From a virus: a stretch of DNA of 64,000 bases. Shown here piece after piece: positions 1 through 6,981 of this stretch. Where the stretch lies: positions 1-64,000 of the IMG/VR virus record IMGVR_UViG_3300021171_000010; one strand, given 5' to 3'. The position numbers and the translations under genes are program-made. A model generated the notes under the pieces. That model was not told the DNA's origin, did no database searches, and was given only the letters and a program-made list of their open reading frames with translations. Each line of letters starts with the position of its first letter. The stretch's first letter is position 1.

Positions 1-2
1 AC

Positions 3-176
3 GTCGCCTACGCCGCCTACGCCGCCTACGCCGCCGCCTACGCCGCCAACGCCGCCGCCCGCGCCGCCAACGCCGCCGCCCGAGATGAGATATTGGGGAT
101 TATGGCAGAAATCGGGGTTGAAGCACTCCAGCTTTGTAAATCACCCGGATGCAAATGGCTAAGCTTGATAAAATGA
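3..176 (+). CDS. 3' end of an Ala-rich (AAYAA-repeat) phage protein, truncated by the window start
   Basis: Frame from nt 3 reads VAYAAYAAYAAAYAANAAARAANAAARDEILGIMAEIGVEALQLCKSPGCKWLSLIK*. Its TGA overlaps the next ATG (ATGA). Confidence 0.6.
   Translation, partial: VAYAAYAAYAAAYAANAAARAANAAARDEILGIMAEIGVEALQLCKSPGCKWLSLIK
6..81 (+). repeat. GCC trinucleotide-based coding repeat interrupted by TAC/AAC/CGC codons
   Basis: gcctacgccgcctacgccgcctacgccgccgcctacgccgccaacgccgccgcc... is directly visible. Confidence 0.85.
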
Positions 177-274
177 AATCGTTGTCCAACATGTTTTGGT
201 TTTTTATGTTGATGACCTTGTTGGTCCCGGTGGCGAAGTTCGCACTGATTGCAGTTTTGCTTTTGTTCAAATGA
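173..274 (+). CDS. small hydrophobic (membrane) peptide, 33 aa
   Basis: MKSLSNMFWFFMLMTLLVPVAKFALIAVLLLFK*, with ATGA overlaps at both ends. It is below the ORF-track cutoff. Confidence 0.5.
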   Translation: MKSLSNMFWFFMLMTLLVPVAKFALIAVLLLFK

Positions 275-345
275 AAATACTTTTGCTTCTGGCAGCGGCG
301 TGGTTCCTTTTCTTGCTCAGCTTCGGCCTAGCAATGCTCCCATGA
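271..345 (+). CDS. small hydrophobic (membrane) peptide, 24 aa
   Basis: MKILLLLAAAWFLFLLSFGLAMLP*, with ATGA overlaps to the upstream peptide and to the recombinase start. Confidence 0.45.
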   Translation: MKILLLLAAAWFLFLLSFGLAMLP

Positions 346-977
346 TGAAAGTATTTGGCTACACTCGCGTTAGTGGTCAGAGTCAGAACGAAGGCGATGG
401 TCCTGAAAGGCAGGAATGCGCCATCAGGGCGTTCTGCAACACGCACAACTTACCGTTGCTGCAGTTTCATCACGAGGCAATAACTGGCAAAACGGAGGCT
501 TTGGCCCGGCCAGTCTTTTCGGAACTATTAGCTTGTGCGAATGTGATAGTGGTTGAGAAGATGGACCGCCTCGCACGCGACCTTGTAGTTTCTGAGCTGT
601 TGCTGCGGGAATGCCGGGCGCAGAAGATTAAAGTTTACGCGGCCGACCAGGGCTTATTGGATATGGCCGGGGATTGCGACGAGCCCGGCCGCAAGTTAAT
701 ACGACAAATTTTGGGCGCGGTGGCGGAGTTTGAAAAGTCCACCATCGTCATGCGGATGAATGCGGCTCGCCAGAGAATTATTGCAAAAGGCGACCGGTGC
801 GGGGGAGCATACCCCTACGGATATTATGAAGGCGAAGCGAGAATTAAGCAGCTCGCGCAGGATTTTCAGAAGGCGGGCCAGTCGTTGAATCAAATAGCGG
901 CTTTGCTGAATGAAGCGGGATTGAAGCCTCGCTTTGGTAAACAATGGAATAAGTTTTCGGTGAACAGAATTTTATGA
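342..977 (+). CDS. serine recombinase (resolvase/invertase family) with C-terminal HTH
   Basis: Catalytic motifs GYTRVS...Q, RP.F..LL and VVEKMDRLARD; AVAEFEK helix; PYGY and SLNQIAALLNEAG C-terminal segment. Start placed at ATG 342. Confidence 0.88.
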   Translation: MMKVFGYTRVSGQSQNEGDGPERQECAIRAFCNTHNLPLLQFHHEAITGKTEALARPVFSELLACANVIVVEKMDRLARDLVVSELLLRECRAQKIKVYAADQGLLDMAGDCDEPGRKLIRQILGAVAEFEKSTIVMRMNAARQRIIAKGDRCGGAYPYGYYEGEARIKQLAQDFQKAGQSLNQIAALLNEAGLKPRFGKQWNKFSVNRIL

Positions 978-1165
978 GAGGACATTATTTGAATCACACT
1001 GCAACCACGGATGCAGTAGAAATTGCCACAGCCCTGCACAAAGAGCAGTGCGAGCTGAGGCTTGCTCGAATCATGAATGGCGCCGAGCCGTCGCACCAGA
1101 ATGGACACGTAACGCCCAAGAAGCAGCCTGTTCAAACTAACATCGCGGACGGGACAAAGCGCTGA
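974..1165 (+). CDS. hypothetical protein, 63 aa
   Basis: ATGA overlap with the recombinase stop. Confidence 0.5.
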   Translation: MRGHYLNHTATTDAVEIATALHKEQCELRLARIMNGAEPSHQNGHVTPKKQPVQTNIADGTKR

Positions 1166-1310
1166 GCATGTTGAGGCCCGTAAGGCCAATAGCACCTGAG
1201 AATAAAGGCCACAGAGAAACTCCCGCGCCGGGAGGCCCACAGGTAAAAGCGAATACTGTTAGCTCGTCACCTTTTCTCAGGTAGAATTTTGCAGATTGTT
1301 CTTTGAATTT

Positions 1311-1621
1311 GGGCGCGAATTTGGTTTCGATTTAATCGGAGCAAAGTTTAGCTGCACGCACAGGATGCCTCGTTGGCCTGTTTAAACATCCGAGACAAAA
1401 ATCAAACGATAATACTGAACCGTTAGGTGACAGTGTGAGTTTGTTCGATATGTGCGCCCGGCCGGCGCAGCCCGCATCACCAATGCAGGCACGCACGATT
1501 CCGGCGCACATGATTCTGGCCTGAGGCCAGTGGTGGAGGCAGGAGCAGTGTTGGTAAGCGTGTAAGTCAGTTTTTCTTTTTCGGATTAAAGACGCGAGTT
1601 CGAATCTCGCCGCGTCCACCA
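1311..1621 (+). ncRNA. ssrA: tmRNA (phage-encoded, reduced)
   Basis: 5' GGGCGCG pairs with 3' CGCGTCC-ACCA, giving a G3.U wobble (Ala identity). T-arm GCGAG-TTCGAAT-CTCGC. Helix 2: TTTAATC/GATTAAA and GCACGC/GCGTGT. pk1: ACAGG/CCTGT plus CTCG/CGAG. Tag frame begins TCA AAC GAT AAT and its stop lies in the loop of the CTGGCC-TGA-GGCCAG hairpin. Confidence 0.9.
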
Positions 1622-1625
1622 ATTT

Positions 1626-1961
1626 ATGTTTAGAGATAAAATTAAACAGAGGGTATTTCAGCGAAAGTGGCAAGCTGAACAGCGACGAAAAAGAAAGTTA
1701 AAAGTAATTGTTTTGCTTGGCGGGAAGTGTAATAGATGTTCCTATGCGGGACATCCTGCGGCATTTCAATTGGACCATATTTTGCCTTTACTTCGACCGA
1801 GTAGAACTGTGCGTAGTGCTGGAAGCACAACTTGGGATGCTGTGGCTCGCGGACAAATTATACTGGACGAAGTTCAGTTGCTATGTGCAAATTGTCACGC
1901 TATTAAAACGTTCGAAGAAGACCGCAAAAAGTTTAAATGCTGGAAAGGTGAAACTGTTTAA
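1626..1961 (+). CDS. HNH endonuclease (CxxC...DH...LLCANCH type)
   Basis: LGGKCNRC, FQLDHI, VQLLCANCHAIKT. Confidence 0.82.
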   Translation: MFRDKIKQRVFQRKWQAEQRRKRKLKVIVLLGGKCNRCSYAGHPAAFQLDHILPLLRPSRTVRSAGSTTWDAVARGQIILDEVQLLCANCHAIKTFEEDRKKFKCWKGETV

Positions 1962-1962
1962 T

Positions 1963-2034
1963 GGCCCGGTAGTTCATGCAGAACACCGAAAAGATAAATC
2001 GGAGATGCAAGCTCGTAACCTTGCCCGGGCGCCA
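1963..2034 (+). tRNA. degenerate tRNA-like gene, GAT at the anticodon position (Ile-like pseudo-tRNA)
   Basis: GCCCGG/CCGGGC acceptor stem (6 bp), D-arm GTTC/GAAC, anticodon arm CCGA/TCGG around AAGATAA, T-arm GCAAG/CTTGC, terminal CCA. It lacks U33 and the canonical TTC loop. Confidence 0.55.
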
Positions 2035-2055
2035 ATTTGAATCGACTGTTTATGA

Positions 2056-2433
2056 GTGACTCGATTAATAAAATTTCTGTGCTTGGGACTGCTCGCGATG
2101 TCAACGTTTGCGAGGCCATCACCGAAACCCACAGGCAGTGTGACGCTCGCTTGGGATGCAGTCACCGATTCTTCAGTCACTGAAGTGCGAGTTTATTATG
2201 GAGAACAATCACGCACATATGAAGGATTTTTCGCTGTTACTCCCGACCATAGCACGTGCACTGTCACCGGGCTCATTCCCAATCGAGAATATTTTTTTAC
2301 CGGCACCGCGGTCAATCCAGCAGGAGAATCGCCCTATTCAAACGAAGTAAGTTACACGTTCGATGGCAAACCGCGACAATCCGTCCCGGCGCCTCTAGTC
2401 AACCTAAACCAAAAAACTGAAAATGAAAATTAA
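2056..2433 (+). CDS. secreted fibronectin type III domain protein
   Basis: Sec-type signal peptide; SVTLAWD...VYYG...TVTGL.P...YFF..TAVN..GES.YSNEV FN3 pattern. Confidence 0.8.
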   Translation: MTRLIKFLCLGLLAMSTFARPSPKPTGSVTLAWDAVTDSSVTEVRVYYGEQSRTYEGFFAVTPDHSTCTVTGLIPNREYFFTGTAVNPAGESPYSNEVSYTFDGKPRQSVPAPLVNLNQKTENEN

Positions 2434-2812
2434 AGCCCTCTTCACCTCACTGCTGTTAATCGCTGGTTCCGCTTTCGCTGGCAGCACTGGCAAAGTCTCC
2501 TTGGCCTGGGACGCTACCACAGACCCCACTATTACGGAAGTGAAGATTTACTACGGCACCGCTTCCGGCGTTTATGGGACTACTCCGATTGTGCTCCCTA
2601 TTGTTCCGCCGGCCACTTCGGTGCCTACCACGGTCACAGTCACCGGGCTGGTAAACAGCACCACTTATTTCTTCGCTGCCACATATGTGGGGGCGGAGCC
2701 AGATGGGACTTTTCTCGAATCGCTGTTTTCGAACGAAGTGAATACCAAGGTGCCTTACGCTCCGCCCGCGGCCCCGACCAACCTGAAGGAAGTCAGCGCG
2801 GTAGCAAAGTAA
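2423..2812 (+). CDS. secreted fibronectin type III domain protein (paralog)
   Basis: Signal peptide ending AFA; VSLAWD...IYYG...TVTGL...YFFAA...ES.FSNEV. Confidence 0.8.
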   Translation: MKIKALFTSLLLIAGSAFAGSTGKVSLAWDATTDPTITEVKIYYGTASGVYGTTPIVLPIVPPATSVPTTVTVTGLVNSTTYFFAATYVGAEPDGTFLESLFSNEVNTKVPYAPPAAPTNLKEVSAVAK

Positions 2813-2817
2813 TTTAC

Positions 2818-2889
2818 AGCGGTGAGAATGGGATTCAACTTTGTCTCATAAGCAAAGCCCTGTAGGTTCGACTCCTACCTCCGCTACCA
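2818..2889 (+). tRNA. tRNA with CAT anticodon (Met or Ile2), short D-arm
   Basis: Acceptor AGCGGTG/CTCCGCT-ACCA with one mismatch; D-arm GAAT-GGG-ATTC; anticodon loop CTCATAA; T-arm GTAGG-TTCGACT-CCTAC. Confidence 0.78.
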
Positions 2890-2955
2890 GTGTCCGGAAG
2901 CTAGACCGAGATGCGCTCCGGAGCCCGATGACGGAAAGGGTGCCTCGGCTCCGTC

Positions 2956-3003
2956 AAAGCGCCGCCCACGGCAGTAACTGGCATGAGGCGGCGCTTTTTT
3001 TTT
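2956..3003 (+). terminator. intrinsic terminator-like hairpin
   Basis: AAAGCGCCGCC...GGCGGCGCTTT stem followed by a T9 run. Confidence 0.7.
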
Positions 3004-3036
3004 CGGTTGCCCCTCTGGCTACCACACTATTATGGT

Positions 3037-3177
3037 ATGGTAGCTATTGTTGTTAGTTTCGTTGTTGGCGTTGTTGCTGGTGCGGTTTCTACGTTCCTCT
3101 TCCTCCGGAAGAATGCGAAGATTGCCGCTCAGGCGAACGCCGTTGTTCACGCCGTGGTTCCTCCGGCCGCAAAGTGA
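3037..3177 (+). CDS. small single-pass membrane protein
   Basis: MVAIVVSFVVGVVAGAVSTFLFLRKNAK...; ACTATTA motif 4 nt upstream of ATG 3037. Confidence 0.6.
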   Translation: MVAIVVSFVVGVVAGAVSTFLFLRKNAKIAAQANAVVHAVVPPAAK

Positions 3178-3217
3178 TACCCAAAACTGGGTTGCCGTGT
3201 GCAGCCCGGTCCTCTTT

Positions 3218-3529
3218 ATGCAAGTCTTCACGCTATATCAGCCCAAGACCGCCGGTATGCTCCGCCTGTGGGCACTGTCCTGGGAGCGCCGCGGCTGGAA
3301 AACCCGGCTGCTGACCGACCGCGAGCTTAAGAAATTTGGCTCAATCAAGCGGGCGATGCGCGGCCGGAAGCGAGCAATTTTCGTTCCCCCATCGGCGATT
3401 AACTTCGGATTTTCGCCAGGAAAGCGCCTACCGAAGATTAGCCGGTTCCCCGCGCGCGGCTGGGAGTCAGCGCCCGTGGTGCAGTTTAAACGAGAATACG
3501 ACATTTTAAATTGCGGCAGATACATCTAA
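3218..3529 (+). CDS. hypothetical basic protein; N-terminus loosely resembles glycosyltransferase-like phage proteins
   Basis: Likely start at ATG 3218 (MQVFTLYQP...LRLWALSWERRGWKTRLL). Abuts the next gene. Confidence 0.45.
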   Translation: MQVFTLYQPKTAGMLRLWALSWERRGWKTRLLTDRELKKFGSIKRAMRGRKRAIFVPPSAINFGFSPGKRLPKISRFPARGWESAPVVQFKREYDILNCGRYI

Positions 3530-4003
3530 ATGAGAGAGATTGCTTTATCTCGTGGTTTGGTGGCTTTGGTGGATGACCACAACTTTGATTGGCTTAATCG
3601 GTGGAAATGGCACGCACACAAAGCTGATAAAATTTGGTATGCGAGGAGAAATGAAGGCCGAGGAGAAACACGAACTACCGTGTTGATGCACAGGGAAATT
3701 CTACAGCTACGCGGAGGGTCCCGAGGAGACCACAAAGATGGGAATGGGTTAAATAACTTAGAAGAAAATATACGTGCCGCAGATGCTATGACTAATGGGC
3801 AGAACCGGCGTCCCAACGCCGGGCGCTCTCTAAAAGGTGTAAGTTTTCATAAAGGAAGTTGGATAGCGCGCATTACTGTTGGCGGAGTTACAAAACATTT
3901 GGGGTGTTTTTCTTCTGAGGAGTCGGCGGCCCGAGCATATGATGCAGCCGCATTAATTTATTTCGGAACCTTCGCACGCTTAAATTTTCCCGGAGATGCC
4001 TGA
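3530..4003 (+). CDS. HNH-AP2 homing endonuclease (copy 1)
   Basis: ALVDD..FDWL..WKW, MHREIL, GDHKDGNGLNN..ENIR, AP2 domain KGVS...W.ARI...HLG.F...E.AARAYD.AA...FG.FARLNFP. Confidence 0.9.
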   Translation: MREIALSRGLVALVDDHNFDWLNRWKWHAHKADKIWYARRNEGRGETRTTVLMHREILQLRGGSRGDHKDGNGLNNLEENIRAADAMTNGQNRRPNAGRSLKGVSFHKGSWIARITVGGVTKHLGCFSSEESAARAYDAAALIYFGTFARLNFPGDA

Positions 4004-5930
4004 TATCTTCGACAGAGTAGCGGAGCTTGTCCATCGGCGGAAAATCATTGACGCTGCTGGAACGCTTGCAGAAGAGTTTAAGATAAAGCTTAAATTAAAT
4101 TCCGAAAAATCTGCAAATAATTTTTTGTTGGGGGCCGTTCACAATCTATTGAATACTGGAAGGCCGGATAGAGCTGCCCAGATTCTTTGGTCCCCTACAC
4201 AATTCACCGCCGAGCCGAGTTCAGTAAAAGCGGTGTGGAATCTATATGACACCGCGAACATGGGCCTCATCATGGGCGCGGCTAAGATGGGCAAAAGTTT
4301 TTCGATGGGGGTGCGCCTTTTCCTGGAATGGGTGCGTGACCCGGAATGGACATCAATACGTGTAATTGGACCAAGTGAAAACCACCTTGAAGAAAATCTG
4401 TTCTCTCACCTTGTCGCTCTTCATAGTCGTGCGGCCCTTGAAATGCCGGGCGAAGTCGGTTCGTTGTTCATCGGCCTTAATCGACGGGACCAGCTATCCT
4501 CGATTAGGGGACTGGTCATTCCCAAAGGGAACACGAAGAAGGCGGGGAGATTGCAAGGTGGACACCGTAGACCGCGCGCGGTTTCTCATCCAATCTTCGG
4601 CCCCCTATCTCGCCTTTTTATCTTCTTGGACGAAATCGAAAACGTGCCCAATGGTGTTTGGCTCGACATCGACAACGTTTTATCCGAAATAGAAAAAGAG
4701 GGCGGCCCGGGCTCAGGCTTCAAAATTTTCGGCGCTTATAATCCCACAAACTCTGGCGATGAAGTAGCCAAGCGAGCCGAGCCGCCTTTCGGGTGGTCAT
4801 CGGTAGATGAGGAAACGCATTTTCGGTGGAAGTCAATCCGCGGATGGGAGGTTCTTCGGCTAGATGCGGAGAAGACGGAAAATGTGCTGCAGGGCAAGAT
4901 GATATTCCCCGGGCTGCAAACCAGGGAAGGCCTTGAGACGATTGCGTTGAATGCCGGCGGCCGGAACGCTCCCGGATATCGCACCATGGGCCGCGGAATG
5001 TATCCGTCCATGGGCATGGAAGCCACTGTGGTGCCGCCGGGCATGCTGGATAAATGGCGCGGGACTTTCATTTGGTATGAAGACCCTCAGCCGGTAGGCA
5101 GCACAGATTTGGCTTTGGAAGGTGGAGCGAACTGCGTTCACACTCTGGGAAAATTCGGCCGAGCCACTGGTATAAAATGGCCGTCCTCATTACTATTCCC
5201 TAACGGGCATACGCAGATGTTTAAAGACCGAGCCGGGCAGGTGATGCCTCGTTGGGCACTACAAGCGAATTCCCAGTTCGTGTTTCCCAAAGGTGACACA
5301 GTGGTAATGAAGGAAGGGATTTTACTAATTAATCGACGTAGCGGCACTGTAGGAAAATATTATGCGTGTGACCGAACCGGACACGGCGCCGGCATCGCAG
5401 ACTTGCTTAAGTATGAATGGTCCGGGGAAATCCACGATGTCAACTATTCGGGCGGCAGTAGCGAAGAGAAGTTGATGGCAGAGGACACAAAGACTTGCAA
5501 AGAGCAATTTGAGCGAATGCAAACCGAACTTTGGTTTGCACTCCGCGCCTGGGGCGAGTTCGGTTATTTTCTTTTGGACCCTGCTATGGATTTGTCAAAG
5601 CTTACGCAGCAGCTAACGCAGAGACGTTTTCGCACCTCTGGCGGAAAATCTAAAGTGGAAAGCAAAAAAGATTATATGAGCCGCGGATTTGCTTCTCCTG
5701 ATGAAGCGGACTCACTTACTTTGCTCATTCACGCTGCCAGGAAAGGTAGCGGATTGATTCTTTCGATGCGCGGTGACCACCTTCCGGATGTTCCAGGTGC
5801 AGACCCCAATAGCCCGGGAGAGGATTGGCCGGGGCAATATGAAAATGGTGTGCATGTGGATGTGTCCAATAAAGCCGACTATTTAGATACAGCCGAAAGG
5901 CTGCCATTTGATTACGCCGGCATCCTATGA
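3996..5930 (+). CDS. terL: terminase large subunit
   Basis: Walker A-like GAAKMGKS, Walker B FIFLDEIE, coupling motif GAYNP, nuclease motifs TDLA.EGG, DRTGHGAG and SPDEADSL. Lies upstream of the portal. Confidence 0.85.
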   Translation: MPDIFDRVAELVHRRKIIDAAGTLAEEFKIKLKLNSEKSANNFLLGAVHNLLNTGRPDRAAQILWSPTQFTAEPSSVKAVWNLYDTANMGLIMGAAKMGKSFSMGVRLFLEWVRDPEWTSIRVIGPSENHLEENLFSHLVALHSRAALEMPGEVGSLFIGLNRRDQLSSIRGLVIPKGNTKKAGRLQGGHRRPRAVSHPIFGPLSRLFIFLDEIENVPNGVWLDIDNVLSEIEKEGGPGSGFKIFGAYNPTNSGDEVAKRAEPPFGWSSVDEETHFRWKSIRGWEVLRLDAEKTENVLQGKMIFPGLQTREGLETIALNAGGRNAPGYRTMGRGMYPSMGMEATVVPPGMLDKWRGTFIWYEDPQPVGSTDLALEGGANCVHTLGKFGRATGIKWPSSLLFPNGHTQMFKDRAGQVMPRWALQANSQFVFPKGDTVVMKEGILLINRRSGTVGKYYACDRTGHGAGIADLLKYEWSGEIHDVNYSGGSSEEKLMAEDTKTCKEQFERMQTELWFALRAWGEFGYFLLDPAMDLSKLTQQLTQRRFRTSGGKSKVESKKDYMSRGFASPDEADSLTLLIHAARKGSGLILSMRGDHLPDVPGADPNSPGEDWPGQYENGVHVDVSNKADYLDTAERLPFDYAGIL

Positions 5931-6133
5931 ACGAAGTGGACGAGATTGTGGAACAAGAATTGGAAGTGGCCCGAGCACTGGACCGTATAATGGAGAAGGC
6001 ACAGATGTATGCGCGGCGCCTGGACACGCGCACTACGGACGAAATGTATCGCCCACTCCCTGTGGGGCACCCCGCGGCCCGGCTCCGATTCCTTGCTTAT
6101 AGAATGAAGCTCGCCAGAGAGGCGCTCTTATGA
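5927..6133 (+). CDS. hypothetical protein
   Basis: ATGA-coupled at both ends. Confidence 0.6.
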   Translation: MNEVDEIVEQELEVARALDRIMEKAQMYARRLDTRTTDEMYRPLPVGHPAARLRFLAYRMKLAREALL

Positions 6134-6696
6134 CTTTGAACACCAATATTTTTCCAAAAACGGGGTTCATGTTCGTTGAAAAAGACGGAGCGCGCATTTT
6201 CGGGCAGACCTGGGCCGGTGTTTTCGCTCGCGTAGCCGCTTACCGGCGGCGAAAAGGGCAGCCGGAGGGTGACGTGCCGGGCGAAGTCATCGCGCAGGCC
6301 TGTAGCAGGGAGCCAATTATCTGCAATCATGGCACGAACGCCCCATTGAATCAGCAAGCGGTGCCTTTGAAGACCCGGGTGCTCGCGTGGTTGAATAGTT
6401 TGCGTGCGAATCGGGAAAAACATCCGGTGGAAATTGTGTCGTGGGAAACCGCAAGGGAGCGAACAGAGATTTGTGCGAAGTGTCCGAAGAATCAGGGCCT
6501 AGCGGATGGCTGCGCAAGCTGCCGAGCAGCCCTTAGGGAGCTCCGGGACGACCTTGTGGGCAACCGATTCAAGGACGGCCGGCTGAATGAGTGTGACGTT
6601 CTGGGGGAAGACTTACCAGTATCGGTATATTTGGAGCAGCAGACCGTGGAACACGGTGGTTTGCCGGCAAACTGCTGGCGCCGGAGAAGTCTATGA
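6130..6696 (+). CDS. Cys-rich hypothetical protein
   Basis: CAKCPKN, CASC, C..LG, PANCW; ATGA coupling. Confidence 0.7.
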   Translation: MTLNTNIFPKTGFMFVEKDGARIFGQTWAGVFARVAAYRRRKGQPEGDVPGEVIAQACSREPIICNHGTNAPLNQQAVPLKTRVLAWLNSLRANREKHPVEIVSWETARERTEICAKCPKNQGLADGCASCRAALRELRDDLVGNRFKDGRLNECDVLGEDLPVSVYLEQQTVEHGGLPANCWRRRSL

Positions 6697-6959
6697 GTAT
6701 TTTTCGACGTTTTGGGCATTTTGTGGCCTCGTTTTTTCGCGTGGAATGGTGGAAATGGCGCGGATACGAGATTTTAGCTGACCCGGCGCGCCAGAGAATC
6801 CGTTTTCTCTACTGTCAGCACTGCGAGGCTTATAAAGAGGGCATGTGCACGGCTTGTGGATGCCTTGTGCATGCTAAAATTTCACTGAACAGCGAGGAAT
6901 GCCCGCTAAAGTATTGGCCGCGCGAAAAAGTGAAGAAAAATTCTGATTCACAGAGCTAA
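6693..6959 (+). CDS. small Cys-rich protein (CxxC...CxxCGC...K...CP..W pattern)
   Basis: CQHC...CTACGC.VHAK...ECPLKYW. Confidence 0.7.
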   Translation: MSIFRRFGHFVASFFRVEWWKWRGYEILADPARQRIRFLYCQHCEAYKEGMCTACGCLVHAKISLNSEECPLKYWPREKVKKNSDSQS

Positions 6960-6981
6960 TTTGTCAACCATTGTGTAGAAT

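Noticed and set aside
1-81. GCC repeat with TAC/AAC variation as a DGR variable repeat or CRISPR remnant
   Set aside because: It is an in-frame Ala-rich coding repeat; no reverse transcriptase, template repeat or spacers are present in the window.
342-1621. Serine recombinase plus tmRNA as a prophage integration boundary
   Set aside because: Phage-type genes lie on both sides, no duplicated tmRNA 3' end is seen, and the enzyme is short and lacks the zinc-ribbon/coiled-coil domain of large serine integrases.
2925-2937. Hammerhead ribozyme core (CCGATGA...GAAA)
   Set aside because: The core deviates from CUGANGA and there is no stem II between the two motifs.
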